Shown here in pieces: positions 1 through 8,636 of a stretch of DNA of 64,000 nucleotides. The notes under the pieces are model-generated. The model made no database searches. It was not told the DNA's origin and worked only from the letters and a program-made list of their open reading frames with translations. The translations under genes and the position numbers were made by a program. Source of the DNA: an uncultured delta proteobacterium (lineage in GTDB: Bacteria; Desulfobacterota; Desulfuromonadia; Geobacterales; DSM-12255); assembly GCA_963787125.1 (NCBI GenBank), contig CAWBBV010000004.1, forward strand, positions 133,192 to 197,191, read 5' to 3'. The number at the start of each line of letters is the position of its first letter. The stretch's first letter is position 1.

Positions 1-287
1 TGTAAGCGCAAGTAAGTGTCTGAAGAGAGTTTTTCCTTGTTGGCTAGGTGCGCTTCAAATTCAGCTTCACGTCTGTTGTGTATGTGGCGAAGATTAGAGG
101 AAGCAAGCGTTCCTTTCTGGAGGTCGATAACATATTTGTGTTCGTCGGCATCAGTCTGGCTCTTTATAATCCAGATTCGGGTATCGATATATGACGACTG
201 CTGAGTCTCATTTATGTTGACGGCATTGGCTAGTCCGAAGGCTCCAATACACAAAAAACAACACAGTGTGAAGGTAAGACTTCTCAT
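1..287 (-). CDS. Cassette gene, exported hypothetical protein, 3' end outside window (MRSLTFTLCCFLCIGAFGLANA...)
   Basis: Hand translation open to position 1; GAAGGA RBS; signal-peptide-like N-terminus; starts just after the attC at 320. Confidence 0.7.
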   Translation of the reverse strand, partial: MRSLTFTLCCFLCIGAFGLANAVNINETQQSSYIDTRIWIIKSQTDADEHKYVIDLQKGTLASSNLRHIHNRREAEFEAHLANKEKLSSDTYLRL

Positions 288-375
288 AATTAATCCTTCA
301 GGAATCATGATGTTTTGTTGTCCAACGGCTCGGGAGATCACCGGGCGGGTTTTTGGCCCGGTGTATCTGCCTTGT

Positions 376-2275
376 GTACGCCCGTCATGGGCGTGAACTT
401 ATGGGGTGCAAGTCCCCTGTACGGTGAATCCAACACTGTCGCGATGACAGCGTAAACCAAGTACTAGCCGAAGGCAAGGGCGTCTCCGCGAGGAGGGGTC
501 TGGAGGAAGCCGGAGCGCAAAGCTATGAGCCGACGAACAGAAACAGCATACAAGGCCATCATCCGGGCAAGTCAGCACAACATGACGAAGTCCCTCGGGT
601 TCAGGAGAAATGGTAAATGCTGCGGTTGTGTAGCCACAGTTCACGTTCTTATCCGGGGAGATCTGCTCCGCATGCCATTGATTCCTGATGGCGCGGCATC
701 TGGTAACAGCTGCCGTGATGGAGCAGAAGTCAGCAGAAGCCATAGTAGGCGAAGGACGTTGCCGCAAGCGATCCGGCAACTGGAAACAAGCCCGGGAGAG
801 TCCGGGAAGCCTTACCCCGCCGAAGGGCCGAACGATAGAAAAGGGGAGGAGCCCCAATGAGCTTTCATGACATATCGAACCCGTCCGGGGGAATGCCCAT
901 GGAGCGCGTCATTGACCAGCCAACCCCGGAGCAGCACCTACTGGAGCGGATATTATCCAGTGTGAACATGGAGCAAGCGTGGAAACGGGTCAAAGCCAAT
1001 AAGGGCGCACCCGGCGTCGATGGCATCACCATCGAACAATTCCCCGACCATACCCGTTCTCACTGGAACACTATTCGCGAATCGCTAATGACAGGCAGTT
1101 ACCAACCTTTGCCGGTAAAGCGGGTAGAGATTCCCAAAGCAACGGGTGGAACCCGTCCGCTGGGGATACCCACTGTACTTGACCGGCTGATCCAACAGTC
1201 CATTGCCCAAGTGTTGACACCGATCTTCGATCCGGACTTCTCCGCATCGAGCTTCGGTTTCCGTCCCCGTCGGTCAGCAAAAGATGCTGTCCGAAAGGTG
1301 CGGGAGTACATCCAGCAGGGATACCGGATTGCCGTGGATATTGACCTTGCCAAGTTCTTCGACACGGTCAACCATGATCTGCTCATGCACCTTGTGAGCA
1401 AGAAAGTTCACGACAAGCGGGTACTAGCCCTGATCGGCAAGTACTTACGGGCAGGTGTAGAGGTAAAAGGGCGTCTTGAAAAGACCAGACTGGGTGTCCC
1501 CCAGGGTGGCCCACTCTCGCCGCTTCTAGCCAACATCCTGCTCGACACACTGGACAAAGAACTTGAGAAACGCGGTCACAAATTCGTCCGCTATGCAGAC
1601 GACTTCGTCATCCTCGTCAAAAGCCAGCGCGCCGGCGACCGGGTAATGGAAGGAATGAAAACCTTCCTGACCAGCAAACTCAAGCTCACAGTCAATGAAA
1701 CCAAGAGTGCGGTAGCAAGAACATCCCGCATCGACTTCCTTGGTTTTATCTTCAGTGGCACCCGCATCATCTGGTCTGACAAGGCATACAAGGAATTCAG
1801 ACGCCGCGTCAAACAGTATACCGGAAGAAGCTGGCGGGTCTCCATGAAGTACCGGATGTACAAACTGGCTCAATATCTCCGTGGCTGGATGGGGTACTTC
1901 GGCATCTCGGAGTATTACCGGGAAATCCCGGAAATAGACGGCTGGATACGGCGCAGGATACGGCTCTGCTACTGGAAGCAGTGGCGCTGGTGTCGTACCA
2001 AGATTCGGGAGCTGCTCAAGTTGGGGACGGAGAAATTCACCGCCATCCGAGCGGGCCTGAATAGAAGTGGCCCGTGGGCCATGTCCCGAAGACTTGCAGC
2101 CCATACCGGTTTGACCAACAAATGTCTGAAGGATCAAGGTTTATTATCTGTCAAAGAACTGTGGGTGAAGCTTCACTACCCGGCTACGGCCCGGTAATTC
2201 TATCGAACCGCCGGATGCGGACCCGCATGTCCGGTGGTGTGGGGGCTGGGGGAGAAAAACCCCCGGCTACCCGAT
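376..2275 (+). mobile_element. Group IIC (attC-targeting) intron, copy 1, 1900 bp
   Basis: 5' GTACGCCCGTCATGGG, short IIC domain V GAACCGCCGGATGCGGACCCGCATGTCCGGTGGTGT, 3' end CTACCCGAT; inserted at TTGT/T, antisense to the cassettes. Confidence 0.95.
857..2197 (+). CDS. ltrA: Group II intron reverse transcriptase/maturase, no endonuclease domain
   Basis: NKGAPGVDG, RPLGIPTVLDR, GVPQGGPLSP, YADD motifs. Confidence 0.95.
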   Translation: MSFHDISNPSGGMPMERVIDQPTPEQHLLERILSSVNMEQAWKRVKANKGAPGVDGITIEQFPDHTRSHWNTIRESLMTGSYQPLPVKRVEIPKATGGTRPLGIPTVLDRLIQQSIAQVLTPIFDPDFSASSFGFRPRRSAKDAVRKVREYIQQGYRIAVDIDLAKFFDTVNHDLLMHLVSKKVHDKRVLALIGKYLRAGVEVKGRLEKTRLGVPQGGPLSPLLANILLDTLDKELEKRGHKFVRYADDFVILVKSQRAGDRVMEGMKTFLTSKLKLTVNETKSAVARTSRIDFLGFIFSGTRIIWSDKAYKEFRRRVKQYTGRSWRVSMKYRMYKLAQYLRGWMGYFGISEYYREIPEIDGWIRRRIRLCYWKQWRWCRTKIRELLKLGTEKFTAIRAGLNRSGPWAMSRRLAAHTGLTNKCLKDQGLLSVKELWVKLHYPATAR

Positions 2276-2329
2276 TGGAACGTCACTCATTTTCATATTC
2301 AAAGGCAGCCCCGAATTTCCCCTACACTT

Positions 2330-2785
2330 CTATTTTTTCAAAACCATTCCGTGTGCATAAGCATTCTTACCTATCAACTCACACTGTTGACCATCTCTAG
2401 TTTTGATTTCAAGTTCAGCTTGCTGATCTATATTAAAATCATTAAGAAGCATCGCAGCAACCTTGTCCGTACTACTGAAAAAAGTTAAAAGTTGTCCATC
2501 ATCTAAATGCAAATCTAGTGAATTCAAAACTCCCCACGATTTGTTTTTCTTCTTCACTAAAACCTGATGCTTCCCAACTTCAAAAACATGCTTTTTGCCT
2601 TTTAATGATCTGATTGTCGAAAGAAATAAAAGGCCTGTAATGATAAACACAATTCCGAGTGGTTTGTTGAATCCGGTCAGATCAACGTCCATGGATCGGT
2701 ATCTAATAATAGGTGAAGAGAGCATATCAATGCCTAAAATGACACAAATGCCACACATTAAGATGCCGGTTAATGTTCTGCTCAT
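2330..2785 (-). CDS. Cassette gene, 2-TM membrane protein
   Basis: ORF track 2330-2815; start moved to the ATG downstream of the attC that has an AAGGA RBS; two hydrophobic segments. Confidence 0.7.
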   Translation of the reverse strand: MSRTLTGILMCGICVILGIDMLSSPIIRYRSMDVDLTGFNKPLGIVFIITGLLFLSTIRSLKGKKHVFEVGKHQVLVKKKNKSWGVLNSLDLHLDDGQLLTFFSSTDKVAAMLLNDFNIDQQAELEIKTRDGQQCELIGKNAYAHGMVLKK

Positions 2786-2803
2786 CCTATATTCCTTTTT
2801 ATT

Positions 2804-2860
2804 TTCCAACGCCATAAGCCTGACCGGCGGTTTTTGGGCCGGTCTTGGCGCTCGTTGAAC
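2804..2860 (-). repeat. attC site
   Basis: ttccaac gccataagcctgaccggc...gccggtcttggcg ctc gttgaac. Confidence 0.9.
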
Positions 2861-3246
2861 TTATTCATTCTCACTCTTTTGTTATGAATACGACTCTTTC
2901 TCCAGCGGCAAGCATACTTCGGCCACATTCTTCAGCTCTATGAATAAAGCTGGTTGAAAGACCAAATTTCATTACTGTCTCCCACTACAAAGCTGATATC
3001 TCAATATGACAGTGCCTTGTGTGCTAATAATGACTTAGCATTGCAAATTATTTTATCTAAAGATTTTTCAGCTTCTGTTTGATTATCAAGATTTTTTGCC
3101 CTGCTTGTAGCAATACTTTTATATAATTTACTAACAACTATGAAGAATGGTATATTTCCGTATATCATTACTGCTAATAGCACATCTAGAGTATGTTTAT
3201 TTATAAGTCTATTGATAGTATCTGACTTGTTGAGCGGTTCAATAAT

Positions 3247-4920
3247 CCCGAATCCGCAAATCTCTGCCGGACACATTCAGGCAGCGTGAGTTCGGGGGTA
3301 TTTTTTCAGTGAGCTCCCTTTGATGGGAGTCGAAAACACATATTTTCTCTAAAATTCAAAAAGTGACGCGCTATTTGCCTCTTCAGACGATGTTTTTTGC
3401 CGGACTGAAGACGAACTGCCCCCTTGTTCTTGCTTTTTTGTTCTTTGACAATCTCGTTTTCAGCTTTTCTTTAGCAGGTTACCGGCTGAAGCCTGCCGAT
3501 TCTTGCCTGAATCCTGTCAGGGCGAAGTTTCTCCAGCCACCAGCCGTTGACTTTCAGCAGGCTCTTGCGGGCATGATTGACCACGATTGCCGCACTACGC
3601 AGCAGATAATCCTGAATGGTCTTGATCCGCCGCCGTACCGGTGTTAAGTGACTGTCCATCTCTCCGTCACCAGCTTCATCCCGCCACTGCTGACCCAGCA
3701 GGATAAGCAGGTTGTAGGCCATGGTCCCCAAGGTAAGGAATACTTCGTTGACACTGAAGGTCTGGGAGGGGAGTCGCTCCAGATCCAGGTCGTGCTTGAG
3801 TTCCTTGTTCGCTTCTTCTGCAGCTCCACGCCCCCGATAGAGTTCGAATGCCCGCTGCGGGGTGACTTCTTTGGGTAGATTGGTGGCCAGTATGTGGTAG
3901 CGGACGTCATTGAGCAGCAGTGGCTGTCCTTTCTCGTCTACGGACTTGATCTGAACACAGAAGACGAAACGGCGGGGAGTTTTCCAGCCGCTTGGGGTGT
4001 ACTCGAATTCTCCGTAAAACTCGCCGCCGAAGTCAGTGACTTTGAGGCTCATAACATCGACATCGAGATTCTCGTTTACCACTCGATCCAATGCGCCGCT
4101 GGCTCGGGCCTTGACCAGATAGTATGCTTTAGCATCTTCGCTGGCTTGAACAGTTTTGATGCTGTAAAGCCCGGCATCGTAGCGAAACAGGAGCTTGTTC
4201 CGATCTATTTTCTCGGGGAGCAGCTCTGCCGTTTCCCTGATGAATTCGTCAATCCGTTCAACAGCTTTCTCTCTGCCTGGCAACAGCCAGTGATTGATGC
4301 AGAACCGTTCGCGCCCGAGAACTGCAAATACAGGGGTGTAGCAAAGTTTACCGTTGTAAGTGGTTTGAACCCCTTCCCGTTTGGGAGCAAATTGCTCGAA
4401 GATACTCGGGTCAATGTCGCAGGGAATATAGCCTTCAGCCCCCGGTTCAGCTGTGATGCTTGCTTGGGAAACAATCTTTGCGCCGACCCGCTTGAGACCG
4501 GTTATTTCCTCTTTGCCATATTTCTCCAGATGCATGGCAACAGCTCGCTCTTTGGGGAGTTTGCCAAAGCCGAGCGATTTCTTGAGCAGTTTCTCTTCCC
4601 GTGCCAGCCAGGCAAGATCAGTGTAGCTGGTCCGGCGTAAGGAAATGTTTAGTAACAGCGGGATTAGATGTTCCTCTTCCCGGAAGCCGTAGTCGATCTT
4701 CTTGACCCGCACTTCGTTTCTGATGGCTCGAATCAGATCGAGACGGCGTATGAGGGTGGTGAGCAGCTCCAATCCTGCTACGGAAGTTAGCGTCTGTCGG
4801 GCTGCTACATACTGAAAACCGAGATTGTCTTTCACCATTCGGGTGAGCTCCTTCACTACAATTATGTGAAGGATTATAGCATGTTACACTATATTAACCC
4901 AATAGTTTTGCGGATTGGGG
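3247..4920 (-). mobile_element. IS1380-family insertion sequence, 1674 bp
   Basis: Terminal IRs CCCGAATCCGCAAA / CCCCAATCCGCAAA; 5-bp target duplication ATAAT at 3242-3246 and 4921-4925. Confidence 0.92.
3471..4856 (-). CDS. IS1380-family DDE transposase
   Basis: DID...RYDAGLYS...YRGRGAAEEANKELK...PSQTFSVN motifs. Confidence 0.9.
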   Translation of the reverse strand: MKELTRMVKDNLGFQYVAARQTLTSVAGLELLTTLIRRLDLIRAIRNEVRVKKIDYGFREEEHLIPLLLNISLRRTSYTDLAWLAREEKLLKKSLGFGKLPKERAVAMHLEKYGKEEITGLKRVGAKIVSQASITAEPGAEGYIPCDIDPSIFEQFAPKREGVQTTYNGKLCYTPVFAVLGRERFCINHWLLPGREKAVERIDEFIRETAELLPEKIDRNKLLFRYDAGLYSIKTVQASEDAKAYYLVKARASGALDRVVNENLDVDVMSLKVTDFGGEFYGEFEYTPSGWKTPRRFVFCVQIKSVDEKGQPLLLNDVRYHILATNLPKEVTPQRAFELYRGRGAAEEANKELKHDLDLERLPSQTFSVNEVFLTLGTMAYNLLILLGQQWRDEAGDGEMDSHLTPVRRRIKTIQDYLLRSAAIVVNHARKSLLKVNGWWLEKLRPDRIQARIGRLQPVTC

Positions 4921-6552
4921 ATAATAGAACATCCACCTATTATTCCAATCCACAAAATGTAGTTTGGTAATTTAGCTGCGTTTTTGAGTGCCCTTTCTTT
5001 ATTTTCATAACGGTTATTACGGAGACGTACTAATTCTGATGCTTTATCACCGACATATGTGTCGATATTTTTCCGTATCATTCCACATATTGTATTAATA
5101 TCAGAATTTAATTTTGTGGTCGTATTATCATTGAAACACTCATAGGCATTTAATGAGTTTTTTATTTGAGCAGCTTCAATCATTTTTTTTGCATTTTCTT
5201 TAACTTCATTTATTCGGCTATCTGCATCACATTTAATGCCTAGGGAAGCGCATTTTGATGCCAACTCGTGAAGTGCATCAATCCTTGCATAAATTTCATT
5301 TTTCTTCTTAGCGAATAAGGTTCGTTGTTCTGAATTAGAACCAAATGATGTTTTGAGGGTTGAAAGATTCGTCTCAATAGCTTGAGTGAAATTAAGAATG
5401 TCAAGAAGGGGCATGTTGCTGCCGTTACTAATAAAATCTTTCCATCTACCGATTACAGTGTCATTTTCAGCCTCCGGGATTCGGTCAATAAACGGTTTAA
5501 GTTCATAAAGTGCCTTTTGCACTGTTTGTACCGCTTGACGGTACTTTTCTTTGCGAAGTGCCTCCAGAAACTCCCGTAGCTTGTTGTCATGTTTTTGAAA
5601 ATCACCATCACCAGCAGCCTTTAGGCTATAGAACCGATCAACCTCAATAGCCTTCCCAAGCACCGGAAGCGCAGTATTCACCTCACCCAATGCCATGCGT
5701 ACTTTGGCCGCCTGAAACAACGCCTCTCCCAGATTCGGATTAATGGCCAGTGCCTGCTCGGTATAAGCTAGCCCTTCTTTAAGTTTGCCTTGCCAGTAAG
5801 CAGCCCATCCAGCGGAAAGGAAAGCCTGAGCGGCATGCTCTGGATAATCGGTTCTTGCATATCGTGCAGCCAAGGCAAAAGATTCCTCGGCTGCGGCAAG
5901 GTCAACGAGTGCCATGTCGCCTTTCACGAACCCAAGACGAAGCGTTCCCTTCATCTGGTGAAAGCGCCACTCCAACTTGTAGCCGGTTGAGGTATGGTCA
6001 CCGCTGATGGCTTTTTCTAACGAATCCAAACACTCCAGATACAATTCTTGGCGAAAAGCATCACGGGCAATTTCATACTGTTCGTAAGCGGCGGTCTGTG
6101 CAGGTGTTTTTGCAATCTTGATCAACTCCGCCAATGCATCATTCATCCGTCCCATAGCGGCTATCATCTGGCCGAAACCCCAATGGAAAGTTGCATTCAG
6201 CTCTGCAATTCCGGCGGAAATTTCCTGCATTTCGTAAGTAATTTGGGAGAAACCATCTTGCATGATAGAGGAGAGTTCACCGAACCCGCTGTTCACTGCA
6301 TCGGTAATTTGTCCCGCTGCTACCTCTGTGGCCCGGATGTTTTCCCGCGACAATGCCTCATTGGAAGCAATTACGTCACGGGTTTGGCGAGAGATGTCCA
6401 TGGATATTCGTCGATTGGAAGAGGTGATGTCACCCACGAACTCATGAGCGACCAGATAGTCAACGTAACTCAGCTTACTGCCAAATATTGGATAGCCAGA
6501 AGCCATAACTCCTCCTCAATTTTGCATTTTTCTGGTGGTGGAATTTTCTGTC

Positions 6553-6623
6553 GTTCAACGTGATAAGGCACACCGGCTCTGCGGGGGCTTTTTCCCGCCG
6601 TCCGGTGCTGCCGCAAGTTGGAC
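6553..6623 (-). repeat. attC site
   Basis: gttcaac...ggcacaccgg/ccggtgctgcc stem...gttggac; R' GTTGAAC matches the R'' at 2854-2860. Confidence 0.9.
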
Positions 6624-6678
6624 ACTTTCTCTGCATCATTCCGTGTTAGACTGCTGGAGAAATGTTTTGGAATATTCC

Positions 6679-6707
6679 TTGATTCTTATCTGAATGTCTG
6701 GTAGAAA
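6679..6707 (+). promoter_or_regulatory. Putative sigma70 promoter for the convergent small RNA
   Basis: TTGATT-17bp-TAGAAA with TGn extension; -10 box is imperfect. Confidence 0.45.
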
Positions 6708-6713
6708 TTAACT

Positions 6714-6779
6714 ATAAGGATTGGGCTTTTCCCGGTCGACAGATGGGCTTTGGACTTGTTCCGAGGCCCTTTTGCTTTT
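6714..6779 (+). ncRNA. Putative DUF3800-associated small RNA, convergent with the DUF3800 gene
   Basis: TTCCCGGTCGAC core, then hairpin GGGCTTTGGA...TCCGAGGCCC and a T-tract; resembles sequences I recall next to DUF3800 genes (not searched). Confidence 0.55.
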
Positions 6780-7507
6780 CAGGGGAATTTCTTTATCTGT
6801 AGTGATTTGCCCTTGATGATGTCAAATGCCCGGTTTGGCTGTTCCGGCCGCAAGCAGTTCAGGGCAATCGGACGGGCAACGAGATCGGCCAGTTGCAGTC
6901 CGCTAGAATTGCTCCGTTTGTCTACAAAAATCAGCTCAAATCGTATTTTTGAAAAGTCCGCCGATTTATACCCCCACCTTGCCCTATTGTCGCATATCCT
7001 TCTGAATTCCAGTTCAAGCTCTCTGTCTTCCTTTGCGCCTCTGCTTTCCACGAGGATATGCGCCGTTTTTTGCGTCTGTCCAAGTTGAGTCAACTTTGCA
7101 AGCATCCGTTCCATGCAGAACAACATTGATAGTTCATAAGGATTGAACGGCTCTGAATAACGGGTGCGGAGATGATCCTTGTCGATCACCGCCGCAACAA
7201 TATTGAAAGGGGCTTCTTCGATTATCACGTTAAGTCGTTGATAAAAGCTCTCGCGCATCTCCCTGTTTGTGCGCAAGATTCCGAACGGGCCTTTTTCTTT
7301 GCGGATGTCGTGTTCGTGCAGGATTATCTGGTCATGACCCCAGAAATCGAGCTTTAGCTGCTGGATGCTCGGGACGATTCGGTTCAAATAATCATCCTTT
7401 GCTACCATGCAGAAAACGAGTGCAAACACCGGAAACTGCGGGTCAATCGTGGAAAGTCCGTGGTCGCCGCTCTCGTCGGCAAATATGAGGTAATCGCTGA
7501 ATATCAT
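6779..7507 (-). CDS. DUF3800 domain protein (RNase H-like fold), cassette gene
   Basis: N-terminal YLIFADESGD and C-terminal GLQLADLVARP motifs. Confidence 0.88.
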   Translation of the reverse strand: MIFSDYLIFADESGDHGLSTIDPQFPVFALVFCMVAKDDYLNRIVPSIQQLKLDFWGHDQIILHEHDIRKEKGPFGILRTNREMRESFYQRLNVIIEEAPFNIVAAVIDKDHLRTRYSEPFNPYELSMLFCMERMLAKLTQLGQTQKTAHILVESRGAKEDRELELEFRRICDNRARWGYKSADFSKIRFELIFVDKRSNSSGLQLADLVARPIALNCLRPEQPNRAFDIIKGKSLQIKKFP

Positions 7508-7519
7508 AGTTTCCAGAAG

Positions 7520-7591
7520 ATATAACGCTTGAAATTCAAAGACAATGGCAAAATTTGAATACTGGGAGCCTTTTGGCTCCCAGCGTTATGA
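7520..7591 (-). repeat. Atypical attC-like site with an extra GC hairpin in the spacer
   Basis: TAACGCT/AGCGTTA and ATTCAAA/TTTGAAT stems, plus inserted GGGAGCC-TTTT-GGCTCCC. Confidence 0.55.
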
Positions 7592-7592
7592 A

Positions 7593-8561
7593 TTAAGCTA
7601 ACCCAATTCCAATTTCATAGCACCTTGTCGGCTCTTCCTGATAATAACCTTCATATATGTACCCTGCTCCTTCAAAAGAATTCTTGATTGCTCCAATGGA
7701 CGGATGCTGAAGAACCCAGCCAGCAGTCTCCCGGAGGATATATGAGCAGAACAAATCTAAGTGCAGCATAGTGTCCAAAAGGCCTGCTCCGACAACACGA
7801 GCACCAGGCTTGAAGTAAGGGCGCATAATCTTTAAAAGACCAACACGCTCTTCAGTGGCAAGGCCACAGAGCACGCCAATGATGAGCCCATAATCAGCAT
7901 TTTGTTTATACATTTTGTGGAGTCTCGTCATGCTTTTCTCTACAAAATGGATGTTGTTCAGCTTGTGTTGTTTGACCAGCTGTATCCCGTAGTTAATGGC
8001 CGAAGCATCGGTATCGATGCAATGAAATTCAACACGTTCAGCAAATTCCGGATTGTCGAGTACCAGTTGAATACAATTACGTCCTGGGCCGGAACCGAGG
8101 TCAAGAACCAAGCACTTTTCTTGATGTTTCAATATGTTGTTGATGTGTTCTGCTGCCTTTTCATTGACAGCACGGAAACGTGCTTCCAGAGAAATGAACG
8201 CCGGCAGGCTGGCTTTAAAGAAAAGATCTATCGGTGTATGTACCTCTTCAAAACCATACATTTTCTCAAGCATCGTGTAAGTTCCGGGATACTCCGACAA
8301 GTCAGGAATGATGGTACTGTTATTTTGAAAATGCTGAAAAACTTCTGACTCGCCAATGTCAGCGAGGTTTTTACCTGCAAGATAGCCATTAACGAGGCCG
8401 TCACTGATATTTTTAGGCAGATTTGATAATAGAGCCTGAGCGTGTTCGGTTTTTAGATACCGTTCCTTTGCTTCAATTGGTTGTTCATAGGCTGCGACCA
8501 AATTTGGACAGGAAATTGACTTGCCTGCCATTGCATTTTCACCACGTTGATTTGCTCCCAT
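7593..8561 (-). CDS. Class I SAM-dependent methyltransferase, cassette gene
   Basis: VLDLGSGPG motif I, CIDTD motif II; GGAGG RBS before the ATG at 8561. Confidence 0.85.
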   Translation of the reverse strand: MGANQRGENAMAGKSISCPNLVAAYEQPIEAKERYLKTEHAQALLSNLPKNISDGLVNGYLAGKNLADIGESEVFQHFQNNSTIIPDLSEYPGTYTMLEKMYGFEEVHTPIDLFFKASLPAFISLEARFRAVNEKAAEHINNILKHQEKCLVLDLGSGPGRNCIQLVLDNPEFAERVEFHCIDTDASAINYGIQLVKQHKLNNIHFVEKSMTRLHKMYKQNADYGLIIGVLCGLATEERVGLLKIMRPYFKPGARVVGAGLLDTMLHLDLFCSYILRETAGWVLQHPSIGAIKNSFEGAGYIYEGYYQEEPTRCYEIGIGLA

Positions 8562-8636
8562 TTTGCCTCCCGTTGTTTTGATGTTCAACGTCATAAGCCT
8601 GACCGGCCGGTTTTTAGGGCCGGTCCTGGCGCTTGT

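Larger units (their letters stand above)
320..2280 (-). repeat. attC site (320-375 plus 2276-2280) interrupted by group IIC intron copy 1
   Basis: gtccaac...CCGGGC/GCCCGG stem...ttgt|tggaa; removing the intron restores GTTGGAA. Confidence 0.9.
3001..6506 (-). pseudogene. TPR-repeat/coiled-coil protein with C-terminal TM segments (about 608 aa when rejoined), split by IS1380
   Basis: Removing the IS and one ATAAT copy joins ...GGCSII to EPLNKSDT... in frame (ORFs 4884-6506 and 3001-3276). Confidence 0.88.
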
